Positions 30,156-40,334 of a stretch of DNA of 64,000 nt are shown here, in pieces. The position numbers and the translations under genes were made by a program. A model generated the notes under the pieces. It searched no databases, was not told where the DNA came from, and was given only the letters and a program-made list of their open reading frames with translations. The DNA is taken from positions 61,498 through 125,497 of the forward strand of contig JAEOTA010000085.1 of assembly GCA_016840085.1 (NCBI GenBank). The letters are read 5' to 3'. The first letter of the stretch is position 1. Each line of letters opens with the position of its first letter. The DNA is from Promethearchaeota archaeon. Its GTDB lineage: Archaea; Asgardarchaeota; Lokiarchaeia; Sigyniarchaeales; SOKP01.

Positions 30156-32102
30156 TTAAGTCTCTAATAATGCAGAGATCTCCGAATATAGTTGATCATC
30201 TCGGAAATATTTAATATCTATAGCTTCTGTAGGACAACAACTAGCACATATACCACAGCCATCGCAGTTTAGATCATCAACAATAGCACTTTCTGCCTCC
30301 TCATCAATAATAATCGCGTTCTTTGGACATTCCTTTTCACATCTTCTGCAGGATATACAAAAATCCTTGTTGACTTCTGCAATTATAAGTTCAAGATCAA
30401 TCTCTCCAGCAGATGTTAATTCAGCTACTTTACTGGCAGCTGCTCTGGCTTGTGAAACAGAATATGCTATATTTTTTGGACCTTGAGCAAATCCAGCAAT
30501 AAAAATACCTCTGGTCTTAGTTTCTTGGGGCATCAATCCAAAATGAGATTCTGTAAGAAAGCCATTTCGATCTATGTCCAAATTCAAAATTTTCGCAATT
30601 TGTTGTGTTCCTTCTGAGGGTAAAGCAGCACTTGATAAAACAACTAAATCAGCATCAATTATTACAATCTTATCTGTTAATGTTGAATAAACCCGAACTT
30701 TCGCTTTTTTGGTCTCAGGATCTTCAGTGATCTCGCCAACTTTTCCTCGAATCATTCTAATCCCCGCATCTTTCGCCTTCTCATAATACTCTTCGAAACC
30801 TTTTTCGTTTGTTCTGATATCTATATAACAAATTGTGATACTTGCATCAGGAAATTCTTCTAAAAGTAATTGTCCATTCTTAAGAGCTAACATGCAACAA
30901 ACACCGCTACAATATGGTCTGTCAGTTTCTCTAGATCCGACGCACTGAATAAACACAATTTCTTTTGGTTTTTTATCATCCGAAATTCGATGTACATGTC
31001 CTTCTAATGGTCCATTAGGAGCTAAAATTCTCTCAAGTTGAGCTTGAGTAATTACATTTTCAAATTCACCATAACCATATTCCCCAAAAGGTTCATAGAT
31101 ATCCCATCCAGTGGCGATAATTATTGTACCGACATCAAAATTAACTTCTTTTGGAACTTGGCTAAAGTCTATGGCATCTAATTCACATGCATCAACACAA
31201 GAAAAACATTCAACACACACATCTCTATTGATATCATAAATAAAGGGTACTGCTTGTCCAAATGCTATATCAATCGCTTTTCGAGCACCCAAATATGCAT
31301 CAAAATAGTTGGTTATATAAGTTGGACAGACTTCTGTACAAGCTCCACAACCATTACATAATTTAGGATCAACGAATCGCGGTTTCATCTCAACAGTAAC
31401 ATTATACTTTCCTACATTTCCTGTAATTTCCTTTACTTCAGTATAACTTAAAATCTCAATATTTTCATTCCGATTAACCTCCAACATCTTTGGACCACAA
31501 ATTCATATAGCACAATCATTTGTAGGGAATGTTCTATCTAGTTGAGCCATTCTCCCTCCTATAGTAGTATTTTTTTCTACTAAATATACTTTAATTCCTT
31601 GATTGGCGAGATCGAGAGCAGCATTCATACCTGCAATTCCACCTCCTACTACTAATGTAGCTTTTGTAACTGGTACTGTTTTTATAGGTATAACTTCTAA
31701 TCGCTTTGCCCTCTCAATACCAGCTTTCACTAAAATTTTCGCCTTTTCTAGAGCCTCTTCTTTACTTTCAGTACACCAACTACAATGTTCCCTCACATTT
31801 ACCATTTGAAAATAGTAAGGGCTTAAACCTGCTTTTGCTAGTGAATCTCGATAAATTGGTTCGTGAGTTCTTGGAGTTCAAGCACTTGCAACAATTCGAT
31901 TTAAATTCTTTTCTTTAATATCTTCTATTATTTCATTCTGTGCGGCATCAGTACATAGAAAAGCATTTTTCTTTGAAATTATTATACTTTCGTCAAGATC
32001 TTTTACATACTCTACTAATTTATTGCAATCGACTTTGCTATTAATATTTATGCCTCAGTGACATGCATAGAATCCAATCCTATGATTTTGGTTATTATTC
32101 AT
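30156..32102 (-). CDS. hdrA: Selenocysteine-containing heterodisulfide reductase subunit A (648 aa; U16, U75, U200)
   Basis: ATG 32102; RIGFYACH-U-GINI (TGA 32057-32055); RIVASA-U-TPRTHE (TGA 31880-31878); TFPTNDCAI-U-ICGPKM (TGA 31505-31503). One frame through to TAA 30158-30156, joining ORFs 31503..31805 and 30156..31487. Confidence 0.95.
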
Positions 32103-32127
32103 GTATTTTTACACATCCACCTCTTTT

Positions 32128-32145
32128 TTATACAAGATTGTATAA
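32128..32145. promoter_or_regulatory. Inverted repeat TTATACAA-GA-TTGTATAA upstream of the selenoprotein operon
   Basis: Perfect 8-bp arms just upstream of the GAGGTG SD-like site of the Sec-hdrA. Confidence 0.45.
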
Positions 32146-32742
32146 TTTTTAACAATTTTCTGAATTTAATAATTCCTTTTTTAGATTCTATTCTTTTTTA
32201 ACATTTTTAATTCTTTCTATTTATCAATGTAATCGATTTTTAGGATAGTGATAGTGGGGATATATCATTTTTGCTCTAATTAGGGTTTTTGGAGGGTTAT
32301 ATGATGGAGAATGAAAGTATTATTTAGGTGGATGATCAATTTCCTACATTTTTATTTTAAATATTAACGTTAGTTTTTACAAATATGGAAGATATCTACA
32401 AAATAATCTTCGCAAAATGGAGTAGCAAAATGTAGGGTTTAATCTATTAATTATTTTATAAGTTTAGGAGAAGAAATTTTTGATAAATCAATAATATGGC
32501 CTCATTTTTGAAGAATTCATGGTATTAAGATATCCTCTATAGTAGTCCGATTTATTAAGGAGATATTTCCGAAGGATTGGTCTGAACATCATTATAAAGA
32601 GACGTGAAACGGCTACTTTTTTTCTAACTTTACTAAAATAGTCATCAAGTGTGTGAAATAAAGAATCTGCTTGTTTTTATTCAATCTCATCAAAAGAATT
32701 AAAAATAAAAAAAAATTGAAAATTTATTGTTTTTTGCTGGAA

Positions 32743-33075
32743 TTAACTTTCAGGAAGTTCCATACCTAACGCTTCAAATGCTTCTTGATAAGTTCCCCAA
32801 ACTTCAACAGATGTTTCAAAACCCTCGATTTCTGAGAAATAAACCATTTCTTTATTAACCATCTTCAGTGCTTCCTCAAGTTTTCCTTCTTTTACACGTG
32901 TAACACTTAAAGCTCTTAAACCATCTTCAGTAGATTTCCAAGCTGATAGTACAAGAGTTTCTTGTATAGATTCATCATCAGGAAACAAATTTTTTTGCAC
33001 AGATTCAAGAGCTTTTTGTACAACTTCCCTTACAATGTGAGTGGGGTATTTCATAAACATGACTATATGTGGCAT
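32743..33075 (-). CDS. Hypothetical protein
   Basis: Clean 110-aa ORF with normal composition. Confidence 0.7.
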   Translation of the reverse strand: MPHIVMFMKYPTHIVREVVQKALESVQKNLFPDDESIQETLVLSAWKSTEDGLRALSVTRVKEGKLEEALKMVNKEMVYFSEIEGFETSVEVWGTYQEAFEALGMELPES

Positions 33076-33462
33076 AATTTTACCCTCTTATATATATAAA
33101 ATTTTATCCAATCAAATTGGATTCTATTGTGCATTATTTCTAATCTTTAAAAATTTTTACATTTTTATCAAAGTAACTAGAGACGAGAAGGAGTATGTTC
33201 ATGAGCAGATCTTGTACAAAATATCAAGAAAATAAAAAAAATATGTTAGTTAAGATTTCGATACTTTTTTCTGATTAATAAAATCGATGCTAATCCAATA
33301 CCGCTGAATAAAAAGTACATTTGATACCATGAATCACAGATGAAGATAAGTTAAAAAGAAATAATAGAACATGCCCTAAATGCGGCTCGTCAATAATTTT
33401 AGCTAATAATTATTATAGATGGACATGTGTAAAATGTGGTTTAAATATCTTTAAAAGAAATT

Positions 33463-34470
33463 TTAATTTTTAATCTTAGATTCAGGATGATGGCTATTTA
33501 GATATTCTTTGTAATAATGAGATTTATTTAGTAAGTATTTCCGAGCTATTGGCCTAAACATCATTGTAAAGAAGCGTGAAATAGCTACTTTTTTCCTGAC
33601 GTCATTAAAATAATCATTAAGAGTATATCTTTGATAATTCAGAAGGAATTGACTTTTATATGTTGTCATAAACCCACAATGAAATCCCTTTTTACTAAAT
33701 GCTTCTTTAGGTAAAACCTCAGTACCAATACCAAAAATATCCATCATTTCATTAAGATATTCCCGATAAGAAATTCGACATCGTTCTCCACCCGCAATAT
33801 GTAAGATTTCTCCCCATATTTCATTCGTTTCCACTGCGTTAGCTAATGCATACCCCACATCTTTAGTATCACAAATTTCAATACACGTATCTAAGGGCAT
33901 TTCAAACATAAGTGGATCCATTTGAAGCTTATTAATAGATACAATATACGTTAAACGGAAAATAGCCCACTTTAATCCTGAATTTCTAATAATTTCTTCA
34001 CACTTTACTTTTTGTTTCGCATACTCATCATCTGGATTTGGGTTAGGAAGATCTGTGGGGCTTATTAAAGGGTTTTCTAACCTATCTCCATATATTGCTA
34101 CTGAAGAGGTAAAGATGATTTTTGGTTTTTGCGGTTGATTCTGCATTGCTTCAATAATATTTGAGGTTCCTCCAACATTAATTGATTCAGCAAATTTTGG
34201 CTTCTTATCAGCAAGTGGAGGTATAATTGCTGCTGTATGGATAATTACATCTCGCCCTGATACTGCTTTTTCTACTTCCTTATAATTCCGTATATCTCCC
34301 CAGCATAATTCTACTTGATCTTTATACTTATTAGCAATTCTACGGTTTTTTTTAGTTTTTATATCTAAAACTTTGATATCATGATTTCTTTTAAGTAATT
34401 CTTGTAATGTACTCAACCCAACATTTCCAAATGGACCTGTTAATAATACTTTCACCATATTTAACCTCAA
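33463..34470 (-). CDS. NAD-dependent epimerase/dehydratase (extended SDR)
   Basis: LLTGPFGNVG, IIHTAA, FTSSVAIYG, YAKQK (YxxxK). Likely start MVKVLL at 34458. Confidence 0.92.
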   Translation of the reverse strand: MRLNMVKVLLTGPFGNVGLSTLQELLKRNHDIKVLDIKTKKNRRIANKYKDQVELCWGDIRNYKEVEKAVSGRDVIIHTAAIIPPLADKKPKFAESINVGGTSNIIEAMQNQPQKPKIIFTSSVAIYGDRLENPLISPTDLPNPNPDDEYAKQKVKCEEIIRNSGLKWAIFRLTYIVSINKLQMDPLMFEMPLDTCIEICDTKDVGYALANAVETNEIWGEILHIAGGERCRISYREYLNEMMDIFGIGTEVLPKEAFSKKGFHCGFMTTYKSQFLLNYQRYTLNDYFNDVRKKVAISRFFTMMFRPIARKYLLNKSHYYKEYLNSHHPESKIKN

Positions 34471-34515
34471 AACTTAAATAATTTGATTTTTTGTGTGACT
34501 GAAATCTTTGTATTG

Positions 34516-34561
34516 TATAAGATTCAGATATATCTAATTATTATATAAGACTCAGATATAT
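34516..34561. repeat. 18-bp direct repeat TATAAGA(T/C)TCAGATATAT x2 in the SDR promoter region
   Basis: Copies at 34516-34533 and 34544-34561, one mismatch. Confidence 0.55.
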
Positions 34562-34814
34562 TTAAGTTATCGCATTATTATAGATTTATATAGGTTAAGG
34601 GAGGAGTATCTGATGAGAAAGTTATTTATATAACTAAATCACAAACGCATTTTACTACTAATGAAATCGAAGTGTAAGTATGGAAAATTGAACCTGTTAT
34701 GGGAATAAACCATATGTGTATAAAGGTTATATGTTATTAGAAATTAATGCTTTAAATATAAAGAAAGAGAATTAATAATTATAGAAAATTTACACTCAAA
34801 ATCTTAATAAAATA

Positions 34815-35261
34815 GTGTTGATAAAAATGAAAATTCAAAAAGAGCAAATAAAAGTGTACTGCATCATTACTTTGGGAATGAATATTGCATCAATTGTTCT
34901 AGGGCTTCTACATTACATAATTGGATTGAACATTGTTTTTGGAATTATGTTTAGTGTTATTTTAGGTATAGTTTGGGTCTTAAATATTGGTTTACTTATC
35001 TTAAATGATTTTAAGATTGTAAAAAGCAACCCTATAGGCAAAAAGCTCAATCTTTTAGGTTATGGTTTTATTGGATTTCAGATAATCGCGATTTTTACCT
35101 TAGCAGGAGGTATATTTCTCTTAAATGCTGATTGGACCACTCCATTAGTTCAATATTTGTTAATAGGTATTGGATTTTTTGGCTATTTCATCTATGGAAG
35201 CATTTTCTCTTATATAAATATTAAAAAAGTAGAAATTCGAGAGGTGTGGAAGTTTGAATAA
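34815..35261 (+). CDS. Four-TM membrane protein
   Basis: Four hydrophobic segments; overlaps the start of the downstream hydrolase. Confidence 0.75.
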   Translation: MLIKMKIQKEQIKVYCIITLGMNIASIVLGLLHYIIGLNIVFGIMFSVILGIVWVLNIGLLILNDFKIVKSNPIGKKLNLLGYGFIGFQIIAIFTLAGGIFLLNADWTTPLVQYLLIGIGFFGYFIYGSIFSYINIKKVEIREVWKFE

Positions 35262-36534
35262 ATTCAAGATCATTAAGTTCATATTGGGATTTCTTTGCAT
35301 TTTGGTTTTAGTTTCGGGTATATTTTGGATTTATATGTTGTTTTATGGAGGAAGACCCCTACGCGGGATAACGATAATTATCGAAGAATTTGTTGCTCAG
35401 AGTTCAGTTTTAATGGTTGGATTATGTGTTTCCGCTACACTCTTACTGATGAAGTTATTAGCATCGAGAAGAAGCACACATCCTAAACAGTATTATGCTA
35501 TTATAATTATAGGATTAACTATCGCGGGCTTAAATTCAGTATCCTTATTCTCTACTCCTTATACCATAGTAAATGCAAATGCCGAATTTGAAGAAGATTT
35601 TGGTCCTAATTGGGAGAATAGCATACCTGAAAGTATTAAAAGCCAATTCCTTCAAACGCCTTATGTCTTCTCATCTCATTTTCTATCAATACCACAAAAG
35701 ACAGTTATTGTGGAGAAAGATGTTTTATTTTATGAGGGGGAAAATATTACGTTATATTTCGATGTATATATGCCAAGTCAACCAGCTTCCCAATTACCAG
35801 GCAATGGAAGCATTATCATCAATTTACACCCTGGAGCTTGGATGTCAGGCGGAAAGGGAACATGGAATATGATAGCAACTAGTAAATATTTAGCAAGTCA
35901 AGGATATATTGTGTTTGATATTGAATATGGATTGATTAATTGGCTTTACTATGGTGCTCCTGCTTTTGATACCCCTGAGCATGTAATGGGTAATTTCACA
36001 ATAGAGGATCAAATTCGACATATAGCTAATTTTACTTACAGACTTGAGACCGAATTTGCGGCCGCATATGGAGCAAATTTAAAATCCGTCTACTTTATGG
36101 GTAGATCCGCGGGTGCTCATTTAGCAGGAGTAGCAGGATTGGGATATAATTATTATTATCACAACACCACTTTTAGCTCTAACATAGTAGTAAAAGGTGT
36201 TATCCCGCTCTACCCCCCTTCAGCAGCACCAGGATTACTCTTAAAAGAAAATCAAAGTACTAATCCGAGCCTATATAATGCTTATGATCTTATTCAAATT
36301 GCAGACTCAAGTGATCCACCAGTACTTATTTTTCAAGGAACTAGTGATGGTCAAGTTTGGATTGAAAGAGTAGAAGAATTGGAATTAGAGTTAGAATCAA
36401 AGGGGGTCCAATGTTCTCTTCTTATATTCCCATTTGCAGGTCATGCCAATGATTTTGTTCTAAATTCAAATATAGGTCAAGTTTGGGCATATTACCTTGA
36501 ACGTTTTCTTTATTTAACTCAAAATATGCCTTAA
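35254..36534 (+). CDS. Membrane-anchored alpha/beta hydrolase (HSL-like esterase/lipase)
   Basis: N-terminal TM helices; HPGAW oxyanion loop; GRSAG nucleophile; QGTSD and GH catalytic residues. Confidence 0.88.
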   Translation: MNKFKIIKFILGFLCILVLVSGIFWIYMLFYGGRPLRGITIIIEEFVAQSSVLMVGLCVSATLLLMKLLASRRSTHPKQYYAIIIIGLTIAGLNSVSLFSTPYTIVNANAEFEEDFGPNWENSIPESIKSQFLQTPYVFSSHFLSIPQKTVIVEKDVLFYEGENITLYFDVYMPSQPASQLPGNGSIIINLHPGAWMSGGKGTWNMIATSKYLASQGYIVFDIEYGLINWLYYGAPAFDTPEHVMGNFTIEDQIRHIANFTYRLETEFAAAYGANLKSVYFMGRSAGAHLAGVAGLGYNYYYHNTTFSSNIVVKGVIPLYPPSAAPGLLLKENQSTNPSLYNAYDLIQIADSSDPPVLIFQGTSDGQVWIERVEELELELESKGVQCSLLIFPFAGHANDFVLNSNIGQVWAYYLERFLYLTQNMP

Positions 36535-36651
36535 ACATATTTTTTTTATGAATCTTTTTACGTATCAATTTTGTTATATATCTATATAACTTATATATTA
36601 ATGTGAAATTAACTACTCAAAAGTAAAAAGAGTATTGATAAGTGAAAGATA

Positions 36652-37401
36652 TTGATGAGTTTGAGTTTTGAAGATCTGAGAACTATTATAAGTTCTGGAA
36701 AAGAGAAAAAATTTGCAAAAGCGTTGACTGAAGTATTAACTGAAAAACAGAATAATCTTCCAGATTTTTACGATTTCTATGGGAAATTGATCAAAGAAGA
36801 TATTATTTTTACAATAAGCAAATGCTACTTTCTTTTTAGGATATATGCAGAAAAAATACTTTCACTTAATAGATTATGGGAAATGGATAAGATCCTAATG
36901 GAAAATTATGCATTAAATAAGCATGAACCTATAGAATATTGTTTTTCAGGACAAATTACTAGAACTGGTGCTACGTGGGGTAGTTTGCTTACAGGTGTTA
37001 TCTATATCACTAAATTAAGAGTAATAGGATTAGGAATATATTCACAATCTTCTGGAGTAAGAGGTATTGCAAAAGTTATATCCAGTTCGATCTCTGACAC
37101 ATCACATAAAGCATTCAGATATACGATGCAAAAAATCATGGGTGATGATTTTTCTGAAGCCGAATTAACTAAATTCGAACACTTCTATCCCATTATTAAT
37201 CCGTATAATATTGAAAAAAAGAAAAATTTGCTAAAGTATAAAACTGACCTTGAATATGAAAAAGAGGGGAAGACAAATACAAAAAAATTAACTATTAAAT
37301 TAATACCTAAAAAAGAGAAAAACGAAGATAAAATAGCTTTTGCTACAAAAAAAGAAGAACTTCTGAAGAAAATTGAATCTTTCCTATTATCATATCAGTA
37401 A
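36652..37401 (+). CDS. Hypothetical protein (possible PH/GRAM-like segment)
   Basis: GVIYITKLRVI resembles the G-x-x-Y-x-T-x-x-R-x-x PH-like strand. Confidence 0.65.
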   Translation: MMSLSFEDLRTIISSGKEKKFAKALTEVLTEKQNNLPDFYDFYGKLIKEDIIFTISKCYFLFRIYAEKILSLNRLWEMDKILMENYALNKHEPIEYCFSGQITRTGATWGSLLTGVIYITKLRVIGLGIYSQSSGVRGIAKVISSSISDTSHKAFRYTMQKIMGDDFSEAELTKFEHFYPIINPYNIEKKKNLLKYKTDLEYEKEGKTNTKKLTIKLIPKKEKNEDKIAFATKKEELLKKIESFLLSYQ

Positions 37402-37569
37402 GATCTTCTAAGTTTCGCAAGACGAAATATTAATCTTAAAGTTTTAATGAATATTTTTGGATTTAGTTTTGCATTGATAGTATTTTTTCAAACAGGGTTT
37501 TTTGGTGAAATCATGTTATATAAAATATTTTTTAGAATACTTAATCTCTTAAAGCTATTCTATATTGAA

Positions 37570-38169
37570 TTAACTTTTACTGATTTTTAAGGTATCAATT
37601 CGCTGGTTAATTTCATTGACAACATTTTGTAATTTTTCGATTATTTTTGATAATACTCCCTTTCTTTTTGAAAGGATTTTAAGTTTTTCATCATCAGTTT
37701 TTCCAATTAAACTTGTATCTTCAATTAATTCAGGTCCAAATAAACTTTCAAAATCATTTGGGATATTCGTATCAGTTATTCCTATAGTTGACATTATCAT
37801 AGAAAGAAGTGATTTACGCATGTTTTGTTGCCTTTCGATCAGCATTTTCAAAGTCTCTCTACCTTTATTTGTAATCTCATACACTTTTCGTTCTCTTTTT
37901 CCGTCCATCTCAGCATTAAATTCAATTAAACCCTTATCTGTTAATGATGATAGATGCGGATATAATGAAGAAGCGGTTGGATTCCACACACCATATGTAT
38001 CTTCTTTAATTGTTTGCATTAAACTATAACCATGAGAAGGTCCTTTTTCTAATGCTAATAGCATCAAAGTACTAATATGCCCTTTTTTCATGGATTGTTC
38101 AATAGCATCAGCAATCACATCAATTTCTAAGGAATTTTTTGAAGTTTCTTCGTTATTTGTTGGACTCAT
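37570..38169 (-). CDS. PadR family transcriptional regulator
   Basis: HGYSLMQ, SSLYPHLSSLTDKGLI, RKVYEITNKG. Start set to ATG 38169. Confidence 0.92.
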   Translation of the reverse strand: MSPTNNEETSKNSLEIDVIADAIEQSMKKGHISTLMLLALEKGPSHGYSLMQTIKEDTYGVWNPTASSLYPHLSSLTDKGLIEFNAEMDGKRERKVYEITNKGRETLKMLIERQQNMRKSLLSMIMSTIGITDTNIPNDFESLFGPELIEDTSLIGKTDDEKLKILSKRKGVLSKIIEKLQNVVNEINQRIDTLKISKS

Positions 38170-38315
38170 ATGAAAGACTCCAAAAAAAAATAAAATAATC
38201 AAATATCAATTATAGATATATCAAATTACGTAATAAATATTAATTTTTAGAGTTTCTCTTACAATCCAGTTTAAATAAAGATAAAAGGTCTAAGAATTTA
38301 TTTATCTCGTTTTCT

Positions 38316-39230
38316 TTATCTAGAACCTCCTCTCCGTGTATGATCAGGTCCTCCAAAAATAAAGATCGATGTTAAATCAATGTCAGAATCCTCTAGTAGA
38401 ATAGCAATAATAATGATGAGCACTACAACAGCAATAACTATAGCTTTATTTAATGATAATAACAAAATGACTTCTAATTTAACAAAAGTAAACATCCATG
38501 GTTCTTTTTCATTTTTTTGTACAGCTTTAGATCCATAAAACATGGTTGTAAGTGTTACGGTTAATATATACGCTAAAGAAACTGGAATTGTTAATAAAAA
38601 ATTATGTATCTTAACTATAATAACATATATAATTTCCAAGATTGCGGTTCCTATTAAAAAGAGAAATATATGAGCCCATAAATATCCTTTAGCAAAATAA
38701 TTTTCCTTTAAAATTGCTCCTATAAAACATACTATTAAAATGGCTCCTAGCTATAAAAAAACAAACATATGAACTTGAGGTAAAAAAATAGTTATCATTA
38801 TTATCGGAAGACTAAGAATTCCTGCTATGAAAGAAAATGAAAAGAAAATCAATAAACCTAAAAAAACATTATCTGTACGAGATATAAAAAATAGAAGTAT
38901 AATTAAAATAAATTCAATAACCACCATAGAAGTATAAAAAGTAATAAATTAACCTTCAAATTCAATTTCAATAAAAATCATACTAAAAATTATTTCACTA
39001 ATTAACTAAATTATTGACCCTGTTAGTATAGTAGGCAAGATCTTCTGTAAAAAAATGCTTCTTTGTGAAGAAGTGAGAAGATACTTTGTTTCTTTTTTAA
39101 ATTTTACAAGTTTTTCCTTTTTTGAATCTAATTTTTGAGATAAATCTCCTATTATAGATTGGCCACAATTAATACAATACTTAGTATCTTTTGCTAAAGG
39201 TTTTCCACAATTAACGCAGAATTTAGACAT
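38316..39230 (-). pseudogene. Zinc-ribbon + multi-TM membrane protein gene with three in-frame nonsense codons
   Basis: CVNCG...CINCG ribbon. Same frame to 38316 with TAG 39008-39006, TAA 38951-38949 and TAG 38753-38751. The intervening translation is hydrophobic. Confidence 0.75.
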
Positions 39231-39289
39231 CTTGGATTTATTAAAAAAAAAATAATAGATAATATTGAATAATTCAACTGGCTTGATAT

Positions 39290-40042
39290 TTAATTATTTG
39301 CTGGCTCTTTCAGGATCAATTCTGGTTTTTGTAATACTATTAAAAAAAGTGGTATTATCCATATGAGTATTGAGAAGAGTAATAACCATTCCAATAATGG
39401 AGTGCTATCTAGTAGATTCACAATACACACAATTAAAGGCCCAAATATTCCATAGATTCCCAGAATTTTTGGAATTTTAGTATCATATAATACTATCAAC
39501 CAGCCCATAAAGAAAGCACCCAAAGTGAATCCCCCAAAAGCTAGATATGACATAAGGCCATGTAGTCCTTGCCCCATAATCGATAAGAATTCAAAATCAC
39601 GATCTGCACTGAAGATCCCTACACCAATATAGCCAAAATTTCCAATAAGGCTAAATAAAAATGCAGAACTACTTAATCGAAAACGTAATCGAGAGTAATG
39701 TTGCTTATTTAATATGTTCCTCTTCGGTATGGGAGCAAGTAGGTTTTCCATGTAAAATGTAAAGGGAAAAGTCATGGAACCAGCAACTATACATGCAATA
39801 TCATATAAAAATGGAGCTGGTGTGTGATTACTTCCACCTAGATCCGAAATCCAGTTGTCCCATATAGTATACCCGTCTGGATCAAGTAGTACCGCTATAA
39901 TAACTCCGATTATAAGCAATGATATATACCCAATTATAACAACTAGACCACAATATTTCACAAAAGTATGTTTAGTCACTATACTGTAAAACTTTGCTCG
40001 AGCATTATTTATTGATTGGCGAATTGACATAATGAATTTCAT
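39290..40042 (-). CDS. DUF998-like multi-pass membrane protein
   Basis: GYTIWDNWISDLG; GVGIFS; H in a TM helix; LEW. Confidence 0.75.
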   Translation of the reverse strand: MKFIMSIRQSINNARAKFYSIVTKHTFVKYCGLVVIIGYISLLIIGVIIAVLLDPDGYTIWDNWISDLGGSNHTPAPFLYDIACIVAGSMTFPFTFYMENLLAPIPKRNILNKQHYSRLRFRLSSSAFLFSLIGNFGYIGVGIFSADRDFEFLSIMGQGLHGLMSYLAFGGFTLGAFFMGWLIVLYDTKIPKILGIYGIFGPLIVCIVNLLDSTPLLEWLLLFSILIWIIPLFLIVLQKPELILKEPANN

Positions 40043-40334
40043 AATTCATTTATTTTAAATATATCAGTAAAATCCACTTCTGAAATTTTTTAAAATAGAT
40101 AACCATACAGGAATTTAACATCAAGAATATTAGTTTTAATTAAAACTAGAGAATTTAATATAAGATTTCTGATCATTTTTATTTTTTTATTGTGAGAATC
40201 ACTAATTTTCACCAGGTTTGGTAGTTCAAAACGATGGTTATGTTGGGTTTGGAAAGTTTTTTATAGCTAAGTGATCTATTTTGTTAATAATTAATCGAAG
40301 AAAATAATAGATTGAAAAAAAATAAGAAATCTTA

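Noticed and set aside
29672-32102. Genome-wide TGA reassignment (to Trp or Gly) or simple pseudogenes as the explanation of the in-frame TGAs
   Set aside because: TGG-Trp is used normally, TGA terminates ordinary genes (e.g. 44499, 46043), and all five internal TGAs align with conserved Cys next to a SECIS-like hairpin.
32146-32742. Possible gene or structured RNA in the 600-bp gap upstream of Sec-hdrA
   Set aside because: No convincing ORF, tRNA cloverleaf (including tRNA-Sec) or SECIS motif found by eye.
38751-39008. Pyrrolysine readthrough of TAG codons
   Set aside because: The same frame also has a TAA, there is no methylamine methyltransferase context, and no pyl genes are in the window.
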